Positions 9,073-18,545 of a stretch of DNA of 64,000 nt are shown here, one piece after another. Source of the DNA: a virus; IMG/VR virus record IMGVR_UViG_3300007644_000002, positions 18,715 to 82,714 of that record, one strand, 5' to 3'. Position numbers and translations under genes: made by a program. A model generated the notes under the pieces. That model was not told where the DNA came from. It ran no database searches and was given only the letters and a program-made list of their open reading frames with translations. The stretch's first letter is position 1. Each line of letters opens with the position of its first letter.

Positions 9073-10793
9073 GTAATTTCTTTCATTTTACTGAAGTTTT
9101 TGTCTTTATAGAATGTCAACTTACGTTCGAAGTGAGCATCCTCAAGTTCAGCCTTGTGTGATATAACGAACACGTTAGTGTCCTCTTTCAGGGTTTCGAT
9201 AATCTTCATTAGGTTATCTACACCCTCACCGTCAAGTGACGAGTCAAACGTCTCATCTAGTACCAACAAGTTAGTCGACACCGAGTTCTTCATCTTAGCA
9301 ATGGTACGCCAAGTGAATAACAGAGATAAATCGATGCGCTGTTTCTCGCCCTCAGAGAATGAGTCGTAAGAAAACGCATCACGATAACGTGACCGAATAG
9401 TCTCGTTAAAACTTTCATCCAGTTCAAAGTGAACGAAGAAGTCCAATATTTGGAGGTACTGGTTCGTTAACTGATTGATTACTGGAATATATTGCTTAAT
9501 AATTTTAGTCTTGATACCAGTATCACGCAGTAGTTCACTCGCAATTCTATTGTAAGCAGACTTCTCGCTCAACACATACTTGGTATCGGTAAGAGAATGA
9601 CTCTCTCCTTCGAGGGTTTCTAGGTCTCTGTTGGCCTGACTCTGGTCACCATCACTATCTACCATACCATCCATATCAACACGGATACGGTCGATATCAC
9701 GGTGAAGTCTTTCAATAGTCTGCTGATTGTGATGAAGTTTATTCTGGTCATTCATACACAACTGTAACTGTTCTTCTAGAGAATCAATTTCCGACTGATA
9801 TTCAGTCAGTTTTTCTTTCGCCTTATCCATAGCATGTTTTAGTTCTTTCGCCTTGGATGTAGCAGCGTCCTTCTTAGATGTGCGCAAGTCTTCCGCAATA
9901 TCTTGGTCACATGTAGGACAGTGTTCGTTCTCATCAAAGAACTTAGCATCCTTAACTACAGTCTTTACTTGGGCATTAAACTGAGCATAGTACTGGTCTA
10001 GTTGCTGTTTATTTCCACGTATAGACGCTAATTGTGTAGTAACAGTCGGCAGTAAAGCGTTTACAGTTTTAGATAGTACCGAATTGTTATCATTAATAAT
10101 TCGAATCTCGTCCTGTAACTCAATAATATGAGACTCTTTCTCTTTACGATGCGCAGTGTTAATGGCTGTCAGATCACGGATATATTTTCTCTGAGCAGAA
10201 ATCTTAGTCTTAACGACTTCTATCTGGTGAGAATTACCTTCAATCTCAGTTTTAAGGTGAGATATCTTTTCTTTTAGAATGGTGTTCATCTTAGAGAAGA
10301 TGTTAATATCCAAAAGGTCTTCGATAACATCACGACGACTGGTAGAGTTAAGTTGCATAAATGGAACAAACGAAGACGAACCGAGAACCACAATCTGGTG
10401 AAAACTCTTATGAGACATTTGTAAAACGTTCTTCTCAAGAATTTCCTGATATTCCCTAGCGTGTGAACTCTGGTTAATCATAACATCATCCTTCCAGATT
10501 TCAAACTTGGCTGGTTTGATACCACGGACGACACGATACTCCATACCATTTACGGAGAACTGTACTTCAACAGAACAATCTTTATTATTGATTGTGTTAA
10601 TCAACTGATTCTTGGTAATTTTACGGTGGGGTTTACCGAACAACGCAAACGACAGTGCGTCCAGCATAGTAGATTTACCCGCACCATTCTGACCAACAAC
10701 TAGATTGGTAGACGCTTTTAATAAATCAATCTCATTAAAGTAGTTACCCGTCGAAAGAAAATTCTTCCATTTAAGTGTTTGAAACTTAATCAT
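9069..10793 (-). CDS. gp46: recombination endonuclease subunit gp46 (Rad50/SbcC-like ATPase)
   Basis: GQNGAGKST Walker A, CPTC zinc hook, FSEGEKQRIDL signature, LDETFD. Confidence 0.97.
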   Translation of the reverse strand: MIKFQTLKWKNFLSTGNYFNEIDLLKASTNLVVGQNGAGKSTMLDALSFALFGKPHRKITKNQLINTINNKDCSVEVQFSVNGMEYRVVRGIKPAKFEIWKDDVMINQSSHAREYQEILEKNVLQMSHKSFHQIVVLGSSSFVPFMQLNSTSRRDVIEDLLDINIFSKMNTILKEKISHLKTEIEGNSHQIEVVKTKISAQRKYIRDLTAINTAHRKEKESHIIELQDEIRIINDNNSVLSKTVNALLPTVTTQLASIRGNKQQLDQYYAQFNAQVKTVVKDAKFFDENEHCPTCDQDIAEDLRTSKKDAATSKAKELKHAMDKAKEKLTEYQSEIDSLEEQLQLCMNDQNKLHHNQQTIERLHRDIDRIRVDMDGMVDSDGDQSQANRDLETLEGESHSLTDTKYVLSEKSAYNRIASELLRDTGIKTKIIKQYIPVINQLTNQYLQILDFFVHFELDESFNETIRSRYRDAFSYDSFSEGEKQRIDLSLLFTWRTIAKMKNSVSTNLLVLDETFDSSLDGEGVDNLMKIIETLKEDTNVFVISHKAELEDAHFERKLTFYKDKNFSKMKEIT

Positions 10794-11848
10794 ACTATTT
10801 CTACGCTCTGCGCCTCAATCATTAATTCACCCAATACAGACTTAATGCGATCTTTATCTAAGTCAGTATCTACATCTTGGATATAATTATACACTAAAGT
10901 TTCGGTATCGTCAATAGTTATATCAGCATCATCGACGTTTTCTCCACGGAATTCTTTGAAGTCTTCAGCAATCTTCAACTCATAAATCTTTTGGTTGTTG
11001 ATGCGGTCGATGAATCGTTCGAACTTTTTCATGTCAGTACGATTTGCCACCATCACTTTCACAAACTTATTATCGAGGTAAGACAAATCTTCGAAGTGAT
11101 TTACTGTGTCCTCATTATAATGTAACTTGTGGTATAGTGTCATGGGGTTCTGTACAGGAGTTAACTTACCAGTATCAGTATCAAATATATGGAAGTATTT
11201 GGGGTCATGCGCATCATTCCAGAAGAATTCCATCTGAGCACCCAAGTAATGGATATGCCCGTTGTTAGACTTGGTATGAAAGTGACCTGACATTACTAAG
11301 TCAAAGCGTTGTAGTGGAGCAGGATTCATACCATGCTGACACATAAGACCCTTATCCATCTCAAACCCAGCCAACTCGAAGTGACCACCGCAAATACTAG
11401 ACTTAGTGTTCGCAAGGAATTTAAGTATATTTTTCTCATTCTCAGGATTAATCCAAGGGACAAGCGCGATAGTTGTATCACCGTACTTCATGTCAATAGG
11501 TTCTTCAACTATATTAATCTCATTCATATAGTGACCCATCAACTCCTTCAACGAATTGAGACGATTGGTGTTTTTAAAATAAGTATCATGGTTGCCTGGG
11601 ATGATATCCATAGTGATACCAAGTTCCCGCAATCGATCAAGGAAGATGCGTCTATTATGATTCAGAGCTTTGATGTTGATAGTTTTACGGTTATCATAGT
11701 AATCTCCCAAATGGAGAATCTGGGAGATGCCGTGTTCTTGTAAGTATGGGAAAAATACATCCGAGTAGAATCTTTCCTGATACTCCATAAAGATGTCCGA
11801 AGAATTCCTGACACCACAGTGTGTATCATTCAGTATTGCGATTAACAA
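10790..11848 (-). CDS. gp47: recombination endonuclease subunit gp47 (Mre11/SbcD-like)
   Basis: DTHCG, HLGDYYD, GNHD, GHFH phosphoesterase motifs. Confidence 0.96.
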   Translation of the reverse strand: MLIAILNDTHCGVRNSSDIFMEYQERFYSDVFFPYLQEHGISQILHLGDYYDNRKTINIKALNHNRRIFLDRLRELGITMDIIPGNHDTYFKNTNRLNSLKELMGHYMNEINIVEEPIDMKYGDTTIALVPWINPENEKNILKFLANTKSSICGGHFELAGFEMDKGLMCQHGMNPAPLQRFDLVMSGHFHTKSNNGHIHYLGAQMEFFWNDAHDPKYFHIFDTDTGKLTPVQNPMTLYHKLHYNEDTVNHFEDLSYLDNKFVKVMVANRTDMKKFERFIDRINNQKIYELKIAEDFKEFRGENVDDADITIDDTETLVYNYIQDVDTDLDKDRIKSVLGELMIEAQSVEIV

Positions 11849-11935
11849 TTCTAATAACCTCTCAAATATGTTTCATTAAATATACATTGTACAATATAAG
11901 ACACACTCATGTGACATGTGTGTAATCTAGAAGCC

Positions 11936-11964
11936 ATTATATCAGATTGACCGCGTACTGTCAA
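11936..11964 (-). promoter_or_regulatory. consensus sigma70 promoter for gp47
   Basis: TTGACA-17 nt-TATAAT on minus strand. Confidence 0.8.
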
Positions 11965-11969
11965 GTACT

Positions 11970-12575
11970 TTAATCAAAGAAATCTGAGAGGTCTGAGTCA
12001 ACATGTACCGCACGTCGTTTACGCATTTTCTTTTCTTCTTTTGCGTAAATCTTAAACTCTTGATCCGCAGATTTGACGGTGTCAATACGCAGGCGCAGAG
12101 TGTCGACTAAAGTGGATGGGGAATCCATGACGGAACCACCATTGTAAGAATCATTGTTATTGCTATCAACGAATTGGTCTATACCCGCTTCGGATATGAA
12201 CTTCATCTTAATATCTTGTTGCTTCTTCTCTTTTTGGATTCGTCGTAGAAACGCATACCAAGATATCTGAGTGAAGTATGCGAACGCGTTCGGTTTACCA
12301 GAACGAGTGGCAGCTTCAATATCATAGTTTTCAATTGCTTTAAGACAGTTCTCTACCGCATCCATTACCATTTCTTCACGGTAAGTGTAACGGACAAAGT
12401 TTGCTTTGTGTGATAGACCTTCTGATATGCGTAGGAAACATTTAGCAATGTAATCAGTGACCACCGGAATAGATTCACCCTTATCCTTGGCATATTTTAC
12501 TTGCGTACAATAATCTACTACAGACTCAGAGAACTCTCTGTTATTGACGTAATGTGGTTTTTCTTTTGGTTTCAT
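11970..12575 (-). CDS. gp55: late-transcription sigma factor gp55
   Basis: HYVNN.EF, NFVRYTYREEMVMDAVENC, NAFAYFTQI.WYAFLRRIQKEKKQ. Confidence 0.96.
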   Translation of the reverse strand: MKPKEKPHYVNNREFSESVVDYCTQVKYAKDKGESIPVVTDYIAKCFLRISEGLSHKANFVRYTYREEMVMDAVENCLKAIENYDIEAATRSGKPNAFAYFTQISWYAFLRRIQKEKKQQDIKMKFISEAGIDQFVDSNNNDSYNGGSVMDSPSTLVDTLRLRIDTVKSADQEFKIYAKEEKKMRKRRAVHVDSDLSDFFD

Positions 12576-12602
12576 TCATATATTCCTATTAACAATACAC
12601 GT

Positions 12603-12631
12603 ATTATACACGAGACCCGGCAGGGTGTCAA
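12603..12631 (-). promoter_or_regulatory. consensus sigma70 promoter for gp55
   Basis: TTGACA-17 nt-TATAAT on minus strand. Confidence 0.8.
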
Positions 12632-13071
12632 GGGTTAATACCATCTTTCATACCAATCAATGGGTCTTTCATAGCGACTCGTTTACGTAGGTCACTAGTG
12701 GAGAAACGATGGTCTCTCCTATTAAAGTATATCTCTATACCCCGTGCGGCACAAGTCGCACGTCCAGTGAAGGTCTTGTCTTTATACTCACTACCGATAA
12801 TTCGTACATCAATATCAACCATCTTGAGAATGTCTTCTAGGTCTGTTTCTGTCTGATAGGGAATGATTTCGTCAACGTACTTAACTGCGGAGAGTTGTGT
12901 GTGTCTTTCGACTAATGTTTGTACAGGAGAGTTTTTATTTTCTCTGTCTTTGGAGGGGTCTACTTGTATAGCACAAATGAGGTAATCACATTGTGTTTTC
13001 GCTTCGCGTAACATTGATATGTGGCCAGCGTGTAATAAATCAAAGGTGGAGGCGGTAAAACCAACTTTCAT
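12628..13071 (-). CDS. cytidylyltransferase (TagD/glycerol-3-phosphate cytidylyltransferase-like)
   Basis: TFDLLHAGH (HxGH), VKYVDEI, FSTSDLR. Confidence 0.88.
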   Translation of the reverse strand: MKVGFTASTFDLLHAGHISMLREAKTQCDYLICAIQVDPSKDRENKNSPVQTLVERHTQLSAVKYVDEIIPYQTETDLEDILKMVDIDVRIIGSEYKDKTFTGRATCAARGIEIYFNRRDHRFSTSDLRKRVAMKDPLIGMKDGINP

Positions 13072-13100
13072 AACATAATCTCATATAATAAAAATAAAAC

Positions 13101-13161
13101 TTGACACGGCGTCGTTTATAGTGTATAATCTACTTGTTGTCCGGAGGGGAGAATATAGCTA
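13101..13161 (+). promoter_or_regulatory. antisense-oriented consensus sigma70 promoter with conserved downstream element (copy 1)
   Basis: TTGACA-17-TATAAT then CTACTTGTTGTCCGGAGGGGAGAATATAGCTA; near-identical copy at 53075-53133. Confidence 0.65.
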
Positions 13162-13563
13162 ATGTTTCACTAGTCCTGAAGTATCAGAATCAATCAGTGA
13201 GTAGTTCTCCATATGATTGAACCACTCTTCGTCAGTCATATCATCTTGAAGGTCATCATCAGTAACAGTGCTATACGAATTCATCGAGTCAACTGCTATT
13301 GCGTACTGTTGAAGCATATCTTTAGAAGGTGTACATAAAGCAACAACCTTACTGTTCATCAATAATATAACATCCAATGGACTGTCTTGGTACGTCATCA
13401 AACTACGGAAGACAAAATATCTCTGACCATCCGAACCCATTCTATCCTCAAGGGTAAGACAATTTCTTACTGCTATAGAATCAACTTGCTCATCTAATAC
13501 GTCACAAATAACCTCTTCACCGGTAGACAGTTTAAGTTGTTTGATCGAAGACTGTATCATCAT
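13159..13563 (-). CDS. conserved hypothetical protein downstream of uvsW (Sm-like fold possible)
   Basis: KQLKLSTGEEVIC N-terminus, acidic C-terminus; usual position in marine T4-like phages. Confidence 0.7.
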   Translation of the reverse strand: MMIQSSIKQLKLSTGEEVICDVLDEQVDSIAVRNCLTLEDRMGSDGQRYFVFRSLMTYQDSPLDVILLMNSKVVALCTPSKDMLQQYAIAVDSMNSYSTVTDDDLQDDMTDEEWFNHMENYSLIDSDTSGLVKH

Positions 13564-15064
13564 ATAATCCCTTTATAGGTTTAAGGTCAATGGGATATAT
13601 CTTGTAGGAAAATCCTTCCTTAGTATATATCTTAATCCTTTCGGCACTATGTTTCAGAGTAAAATTCTTATGGCTGCCCACATGGAGGTCATCAGCAACA
13701 TCGAAAAGCTTAGTAGTCCTACCATCGTCAGACTGACGAAGGCCCCTTCCAATTGATTGTAGTACCTTGACTTGGGACTTAGATGGGGTCGCGAATATAA
13801 TATTATGCAAATTGCGGATGTTGATGCCAGTGCTGAAAGTACCGAGAGAAGCAACAATAATTGAATCATTCTGAGTTTCTACAATCCCTCTTATTTGTTC
13901 ACGATCAGCAGCACCTACTTCACCGGAGACATAAAATACTTTACGATCTTCTCCGACCATGCTCCTGATCATCTCATACAATACCTTACCATGTTTCTCA
14001 ACGAATTGGAACATGACTAAGGTATTTCCTTTTTGGTCTATTGCAAGCTTACTTATAAACTTATTACGTGGTTCATATTGGACGATGTAATCCAGTTCAT
14101 CTTGATACTTCATATCTTTTATCATATTACACGCATCACTATGGTAGCGCAATAAGAGAATAGATATATCAAGATCGGCAAGCTGTTTACTTTTCTGTAA
14201 TTTCACGGTGCTAGTCACCGTAAAAGTCGGCCCGAATAAACCTTCTAACACCAATTTGTTAGTTTCCGTACCATCCAGTGTTCCTGTGAGACCAAAGCGA
14301 TATTTCGCCTCAGTACACTTGTCCATCATAGTAGAGAGAGACTTTGCTTTGAAAAGATGTACTTCATCCCCAAAGACAGTTTCAAACTGTTCAAACCACT
14401 CATGGTCAAATCTATAGATTGACTGCCACGTTGATATGATAATACGTTTGTCAGTGACTTTCTCTTTACCTGAGTAAATACGATGACAGTACTGACCTAC
14501 ATCATATCCGTAGTCTTCGAAGTCTTTATACATCTGTTCTACTAGAGATGTAGTAGGAACAATTACCAGTATATTACCTTGAGTAGCTTCTAGAGCATAA
14601 CGCATTAGGTTATAGATGATAAATGACTTACCGCTACCGGTGGGAGATAATAGAATAGAACGGTAGTTTTCTATACCGTGAGCAATTGCTTTATATTGAT
14701 AGTCTCTTGGTTCGTATGGACTATCCAGTGACGCTAGAAACTTAACTAGAGTTGGGTGATCGATGTCGTCCTTTGCGCTAGGTATACCATAGACTTCGTG
14801 CTCAAGTATCTCTAACTTATAGAATCTATCCGCGCAGAAACGACGTAGATGACTATAAAGTCCTACGTTAAGTTGTTTAGAAACCATGTTATAGAGACGG
14901 ATTTTTCCATCCCAGCGACGTGCTTTAAACGCGGGAGTCCACTTGGCGCCAGGCACCATGAAGGAGAAATACTCACGGAGTTCTGCTTCTTGAGCAGGGT
15001 GCGACTCAACCGCGAAGTAACTGTGGTTGACCATCCTGATTCGAATCTTGTTGTCTACGCTCAT
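13532..15064 (-). CDS. uvsW: RNA-DNA/DNA helicase UvsW
   Basis: PRDYQ, SPTGSGKS, GDEVH, GLTGT, QSIGRGLR. Confidence 0.96.
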   Translation of the reverse strand: MSVDNKIRIRMVNHSYFAVESHPAQEAELREYFSFMVPGAKWTPAFKARRWDGKIRLYNMVSKQLNVGLYSHLRRFCADRFYKLEILEHEVYGIPSAKDDIDHPTLVKFLASLDSPYEPRDYQYKAIAHGIENYRSILLSPTGSGKSFIIYNLMRYALEATQGNILVIVPTTSLVEQMYKDFEDYGYDVGQYCHRIYSGKEKVTDKRIIISTWQSIYRFDHEWFEQFETVFGDEVHLFKAKSLSTMMDKCTEAKYRFGLTGTLDGTETNKLVLEGLFGPTFTVTSTVKLQKSKQLADLDISILLLRYHSDACNMIKDMKYQDELDYIVQYEPRNKFISKLAIDQKGNTLVMFQFVEKHGKVLYEMIRSMVGEDRKVFYVSGEVGAADREQIRGIVETQNDSIIVASLGTFSTGINIRNLHNIIFATPSKSQVKVLQSIGRGLRQSDDGRTTKLFDVADDLHVGSHKNFTLKHSAERIKIYTKEGFSYKIYPIDLKPIKGLYDDTVFDQTT

Positions 15065-15158
15065 ATATAAGTTTCGCTAATTCCACTATATCTAAATTGG
15101 GGTAGTGCCCTACGTCTTTTAGCATCCCCGCTTTAATTAAATCATCTTCTTCAAACAT
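15006..15158 (-). CDS. possible 50-aa hypothetical protein
   Basis: Hand translation MFEEDDLIKAGMLKDVGHYPNLDIVELAKLIYERRQQ...; fills the uvsY-uvsW gap, purine-rich upstream. Confidence 0.35.
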   Translation of the reverse strand: MFEEDDLIKAGMLKDVGHYPNLDIVELAKLIYERRQQDSNQDGQPQLLRG

Positions 15159-15202
15159 CTATTTATCTCTCTCTTAACTCGCGATTATTGGTAGGTTTGA
15201 TA

Positions 15203-15649
15203 TTAACCACCTGCCTCAAATTGGCGCCACTTAATCATGTTACCAATTGTCTGGTGTCTCCATTTTAAAGTATCCACTATATTACTTAGAGTTTCAATAA
15301 GTGTCTTATAGTACGCAATCCGTTCCTCAGACTTTTGAATTTCTGGGTCTGCGTCGTAGTATAAATCCATATCACCTTTGAGTATACGAAGACCATTGAA
15401 GGGGTCTAAGTCCCAACCAGTAGCACGTAGTTCATCTTCGTCCATCTTACCGTTGTAGTACTTAAACTTTTTAAGTAAAAGAGTCTTCTGAGAGTTCTCA
15501 CAACGTTTGAGCTGTAACTTTGCGAGTGCGTGATATTGTAGATACTTTGCGTGTAACGACGGTGTGTGTCTAGAGACTTCGTCTAGTTGATGCTGAGGTA
15601 TAGTACAGTCTTCTGACCATTCTTTGAGAACGGTTTCCAAATCAATCAT
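15203..15649 (-). CDS. uvsY: recombination mediator UvsY
   Basis: LHAKYL, YYNGK, DMDLYYDAD, I.NMIKWRQFEAG; synteny with uvsW. Confidence 0.92.
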   Translation of the reverse strand: MIDLETVLKEWSEDCTIPQHQLDEVSRHTPSLHAKYLQYHALAKLQLKRCENSQKTLLLKKFKYYNGKMDEDELRATGWDLDPFNGLRILKGDMDLYYDADPEIQKSEERIAYYKTLIETLSNIVDTLKWRHQTIGNMIKWRQFEAGG

Positions 15650-15687
15650 TATATAGTACCTTTTTAATGGGGGAATGCTGTATTATA

Positions 15688-16335
15688 TCACACTTCGGTA
15701 ATATAGTCAATCATATCCTTCCAATAATCATAATCGTGTCCTAGGACGTAGGACAGTGTCATTCTGTAACAGTTTGTTTTTGCCGCATGGTACACTACAT
15801 CACCTGAACCGTACGCGCCAAAGTACCCTGCTTTCATGTTCCATCCCTTCTCATCCTGAATGGTAATCACTTCACCTGTTGTAGGTTCTACATACTTGAA
15901 CCATCCATCACCATCCTGAGACCATGTGAAAATTACGTTGAACATCGCTGCGTTGGCGTTATTGTGCCAGCATATAAATCCTTTAGGTGGATATAGTTGT
16001 GATAGGGCAGAAGAATATAATCCGAGTTCTTCCTTTAATCTCTTATCCAGAGCAATGTACGTTTTACGGTACTCTTCTGGATGAGTTCCTTGATAGTGGT
16101 CTGGTTTTATAGGGTGTGAGTAACCATGCTCGGCAGCACCATTGTGGTTCTCCCCCAGCGCTATAATTCGACGCATTTCCTTGTCTGAAGTATATTGGTC
16201 TGCCGCATTTTCTAAGCCAGGGCTCAATACCTCACAACATTCTTCTGGTCTGTACAAATCTCTATAGGTGTAACGAAAATCTTCAAGAATTGCCAATACA
16301 TTCGAATTCTTGATTTCGTACTTTTTCAAACTCAT
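15688..16335 (-). CDS. 2OG-Fe(II) oxygenase-like protein (paralog of 43413..44123)
   Basis: YPPKGFICWHNNANA, distal YHAA...R motif of double-stranded beta-helix dioxygenases. Confidence 0.6.
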   Translation of the reverse strand: MSLKKYEIKNSNVLAILEDFRYTYRDLYRPEECCEVLSPGLENAADQYTSDKEMRRIIALGENHNGAAEHGYSHPIKPDHYQGTHPEEYRKTYIALDKRLKEELGLYSSALSQLYPPKGFICWHNNANAAMFNVIFTWSQDGDGWFKYVEPTTGEVITIQDEKGWNMKAGYFGAYGSGDVVYHAAKTNCYRMTLSYVLGHDYDYWKDMIDYITEV

Positions 16336-16796
16336 AATATAGTAAATTCCGTAAATCTAAACACAGCATCAAAAGTTAATACTGGAACATCACCTGAAGT
16401 AGAATTGAATTCGATTGCGCCAATACTTGTAGGTACACAATCCTTATACTTAATGCGAACGTTTCCGTTATTGTGGCTTGTTAGGATAATTAATGTTATA
16501 TCATTATATAGTGCCGATGTTTCGTTCTCAGTTACAGTTCTTTCCATCCACGATTGCATTTCTTTATATGCGGACATATCTTCGTCCAGAATAAGATTAA
16601 CCGACAATTCTGAATAAGTAAGTTTTGATCCCGACATGGGCATTCCCATCAACCTAGGGATAGGAACTTCTATTGTATTTACAATAGAGCCTGGGTGCTG
16701 TACTGACAGCGCGAAGTATTCTAGACTAGAGTATTTCTCTTTGTCTATAATGATTTTAAACCCAGTGGGTTGTAGAAAATTTTTATTAATGCTCAT
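16332..16796 (-). CDS. gp3: tail tube terminator/completion protein gp3
   Basis: NFLQPTGFK, LTYSELSVNLILDEDM..Y.E...W; start set at MSINK with GAGG RBS and late promoter at 16822-16829. Confidence 0.85.
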   Translation of the reverse strand: MSINKNFLQPTGFKIIIDKEKYSSLEYFALSVQHPGSIVNTIEVPIPRLMGMPMSGSKLTYSELSVNLILDEDMSAYKEMQSWMERTVTENETSALYNDITLIILTSHNNGNVRIKYKDCVPTSIGAIEFNSTSGDVPVLTFDAVFRFTEFTIL

Positions 16797-16864
16797 GACA
16801 TATCCTCGGACGACTCGCATGTATTTATACGAGAATTAAGTACCATCCTTGGTCGGTATACTCC

Positions 16865-17074
16865 TTACTTTGTTTCTTCGGGTGCTGTCGCAGCTGTCCC
16901 CGTCTTATCAGCAACATCTTTAATCACGTTAGACGTTACATCCAAAACACCGGCAGTGATACCAAAGACATCGGAACTGACACCTTTAATAATACCACCC
17001 GTACCATCAATAGTTGACTCGACGGTTGAACAAGCAGACAGAGCCAATGCGAACGCAATTGCGATTATACGCAT
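16865..17074 (-). CDS. small lipoprotein (entericidin-like signal)
   Basis: MRIIAIAFALALSAC lipobox followed by STVESTIDG; late promoter at 17167-17174. Confidence 0.75.
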   Translation of the reverse strand: MRIIAIAFALALSACSTVESTIDGTGGIIKGVSSDVFGITAGVLDVTSNVIKDVADKTGTAATAPEETK

Positions 17075-17179
17075 AGTAATCTCCTATCCTGTAATTCCGA
17101 GGGTGGTCTCCTACCCACTCATGTGCAGTACGTACCACTTGATACGTAGAACATCTTCCTTACATATATTTATACGCAT

Positions 17180-17209
17180 AAAAAAACCCCCATCCGAAGA
17201 TGAGGGTTT
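17180..17209 (-). terminator. terminator after gp23
   Basis: AAACCCTCATC-TTCG-GATGGGGGTTTTTT, UUCG tetraloop. Confidence 0.85.
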
Positions 17210-17253
17210 AAAAGTGGTAGGTTAACCCTACTCTATTTTTTATTCATTATTGC

Positions 17254-18534
17254 TTATGCAGCAGGGGTGTTACCCATGATGTTAGCAACGTTGAATCGAC
17301 GGTAGTACTGGTTAGTACCAGCAAGCGCTAGACCATCGGCAGGTGCAGCACCTACGAATGGGTTAGACGCCATACCATAACGAGTCTTGAACCCGATACG
17401 TGGCTGGAAGTCATTCTCGCCGACAGCTTTAACCATCTGGAGAGGTACGTATGGGCAGTAGAAAATACCTGCGTCATATGCGTTAGTACCTTTATAACCT
17501 ACAGTGATGTAGTCTGAAGAGGCATATGGGTCGATATAGACCTTAGTGCGACCGTTAAGGACACCAGCAAAAGTGTTACCAGTATCGTCAACCTGAAGAC
17601 CAGTAGACATAGCAGGTGTGTAGTCAAGCATACCAGAGGCAGCAAGAGCAGTAGCAACATCTGAAGAACAGATTACTACGTTACCTTTACCACGACGAGT
17701 TTCTTTAGCAATTGCGTTCGCTTCGCGATCCAACTGAACTACTAGACCCTTGAACTTCTCTGCAGACCAACGGCCGTCAGCATCAGTTTCTAGATCGAAT
17801 GTGCCTGGAACGATAACGTTTGAAGTAGTCGCGCCTTGCTTCGCTTGGCTGTTAATTGTGTGAATAACTTCACGGTTGATTTCAGCAAGAATCTCAGTAG
17901 AAAGAATGTTAGCAAGTTCTGTTTCAGCATCCAAACCGTGGATTGCTTTCAAATCTTGTGCTAGTTCTAGAGAGTATTCAGCCTTCAACGCACGAGACTT
18001 AGCAGTTACAGTTGCTTTCTCGATTGTGAAACCCATTTCTGCGAATGAACCTGAAGGTTGACCTTCAACGTCAACGCCGCCACGACCAAGAGCTTCACCA
18101 GCTGCGGTAGTAGTACCTTTACCGGCAGGGTGAGTGCCCGCGCCAGAGAAACCAGTATCAGCTTCGCCGAATAGTGCTTCAGGGTTAGTAGTAGCTCCGC
18201 CGTCGTAACGTGACTTCATCGCGAAGATAAGACCAGTTGGGCCTGACATTGGCTGTACGCCACATACGTCATATGCCATTAGGTTAGGCATTGCACGACG
18301 TACTAGAGAGATCAATACTGGATCCCACTTAGATACAGAACCAGTGTTGGCTCCGCCAGATGCGTCTTCGGTCATGAAACCAGAGTAAGCAACACGCTCT
18401 TCCATCATTGCTTTTTCTTGGTTTTCTAGGATAGCAGCGGTTACTGCTTTACGGTGGTGATCGTGGATCGCGCCCGCAGACTCTTCGTTAAGAACTGGAG
18501 CCCATTTTTCGATAAGAGTATCAAAAGATTGCAT
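17254..18534 (-). CDS. gp23: major capsid protein gp23
   Basis: LVRRAMPNLMAYDVCGVQPMSGPTGLIFAM, SRALKAEYSLELAQDLKAIHGLDAE, FQPRIGFKTRYG. Confidence 0.99.
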   Translation of the reverse strand: MQSFDTLIEKWAPVLNEESAGAIHDHHRKAVTAAILENQEKAMMEERVAYSGFMTEDASGGANTGSVSKWDPVLISLVRRAMPNLMAYDVCGVQPMSGPTGLIFAMKSRYDGGATTNPEALFGEADTGFSGAGTHPAGKGTTTAAGEALGRGGVDVEGQPSGSFAEMGFTIEKATVTAKSRALKAEYSLELAQDLKAIHGLDAETELANILSTEILAEINREVIHTINSQAKQGATTSNVIVPGTFDLETDADGRWSAEKFKGLVVQLDREANAIAKETRRGKGNVVICSSDVATALAASGMLDYTPAMSTGLQVDDTGNTFAGVLNGRTKVYIDPYASSDYITVGYKGTNAYDAGIFYCPYVPLQMVKAVGENDFQPRIGFKTRYGMASNPFVGAAPADGLALAGTNQYYRRFNVANIMGNTPAA

Positions 18535-18545
18535 TTTAGTATTCC

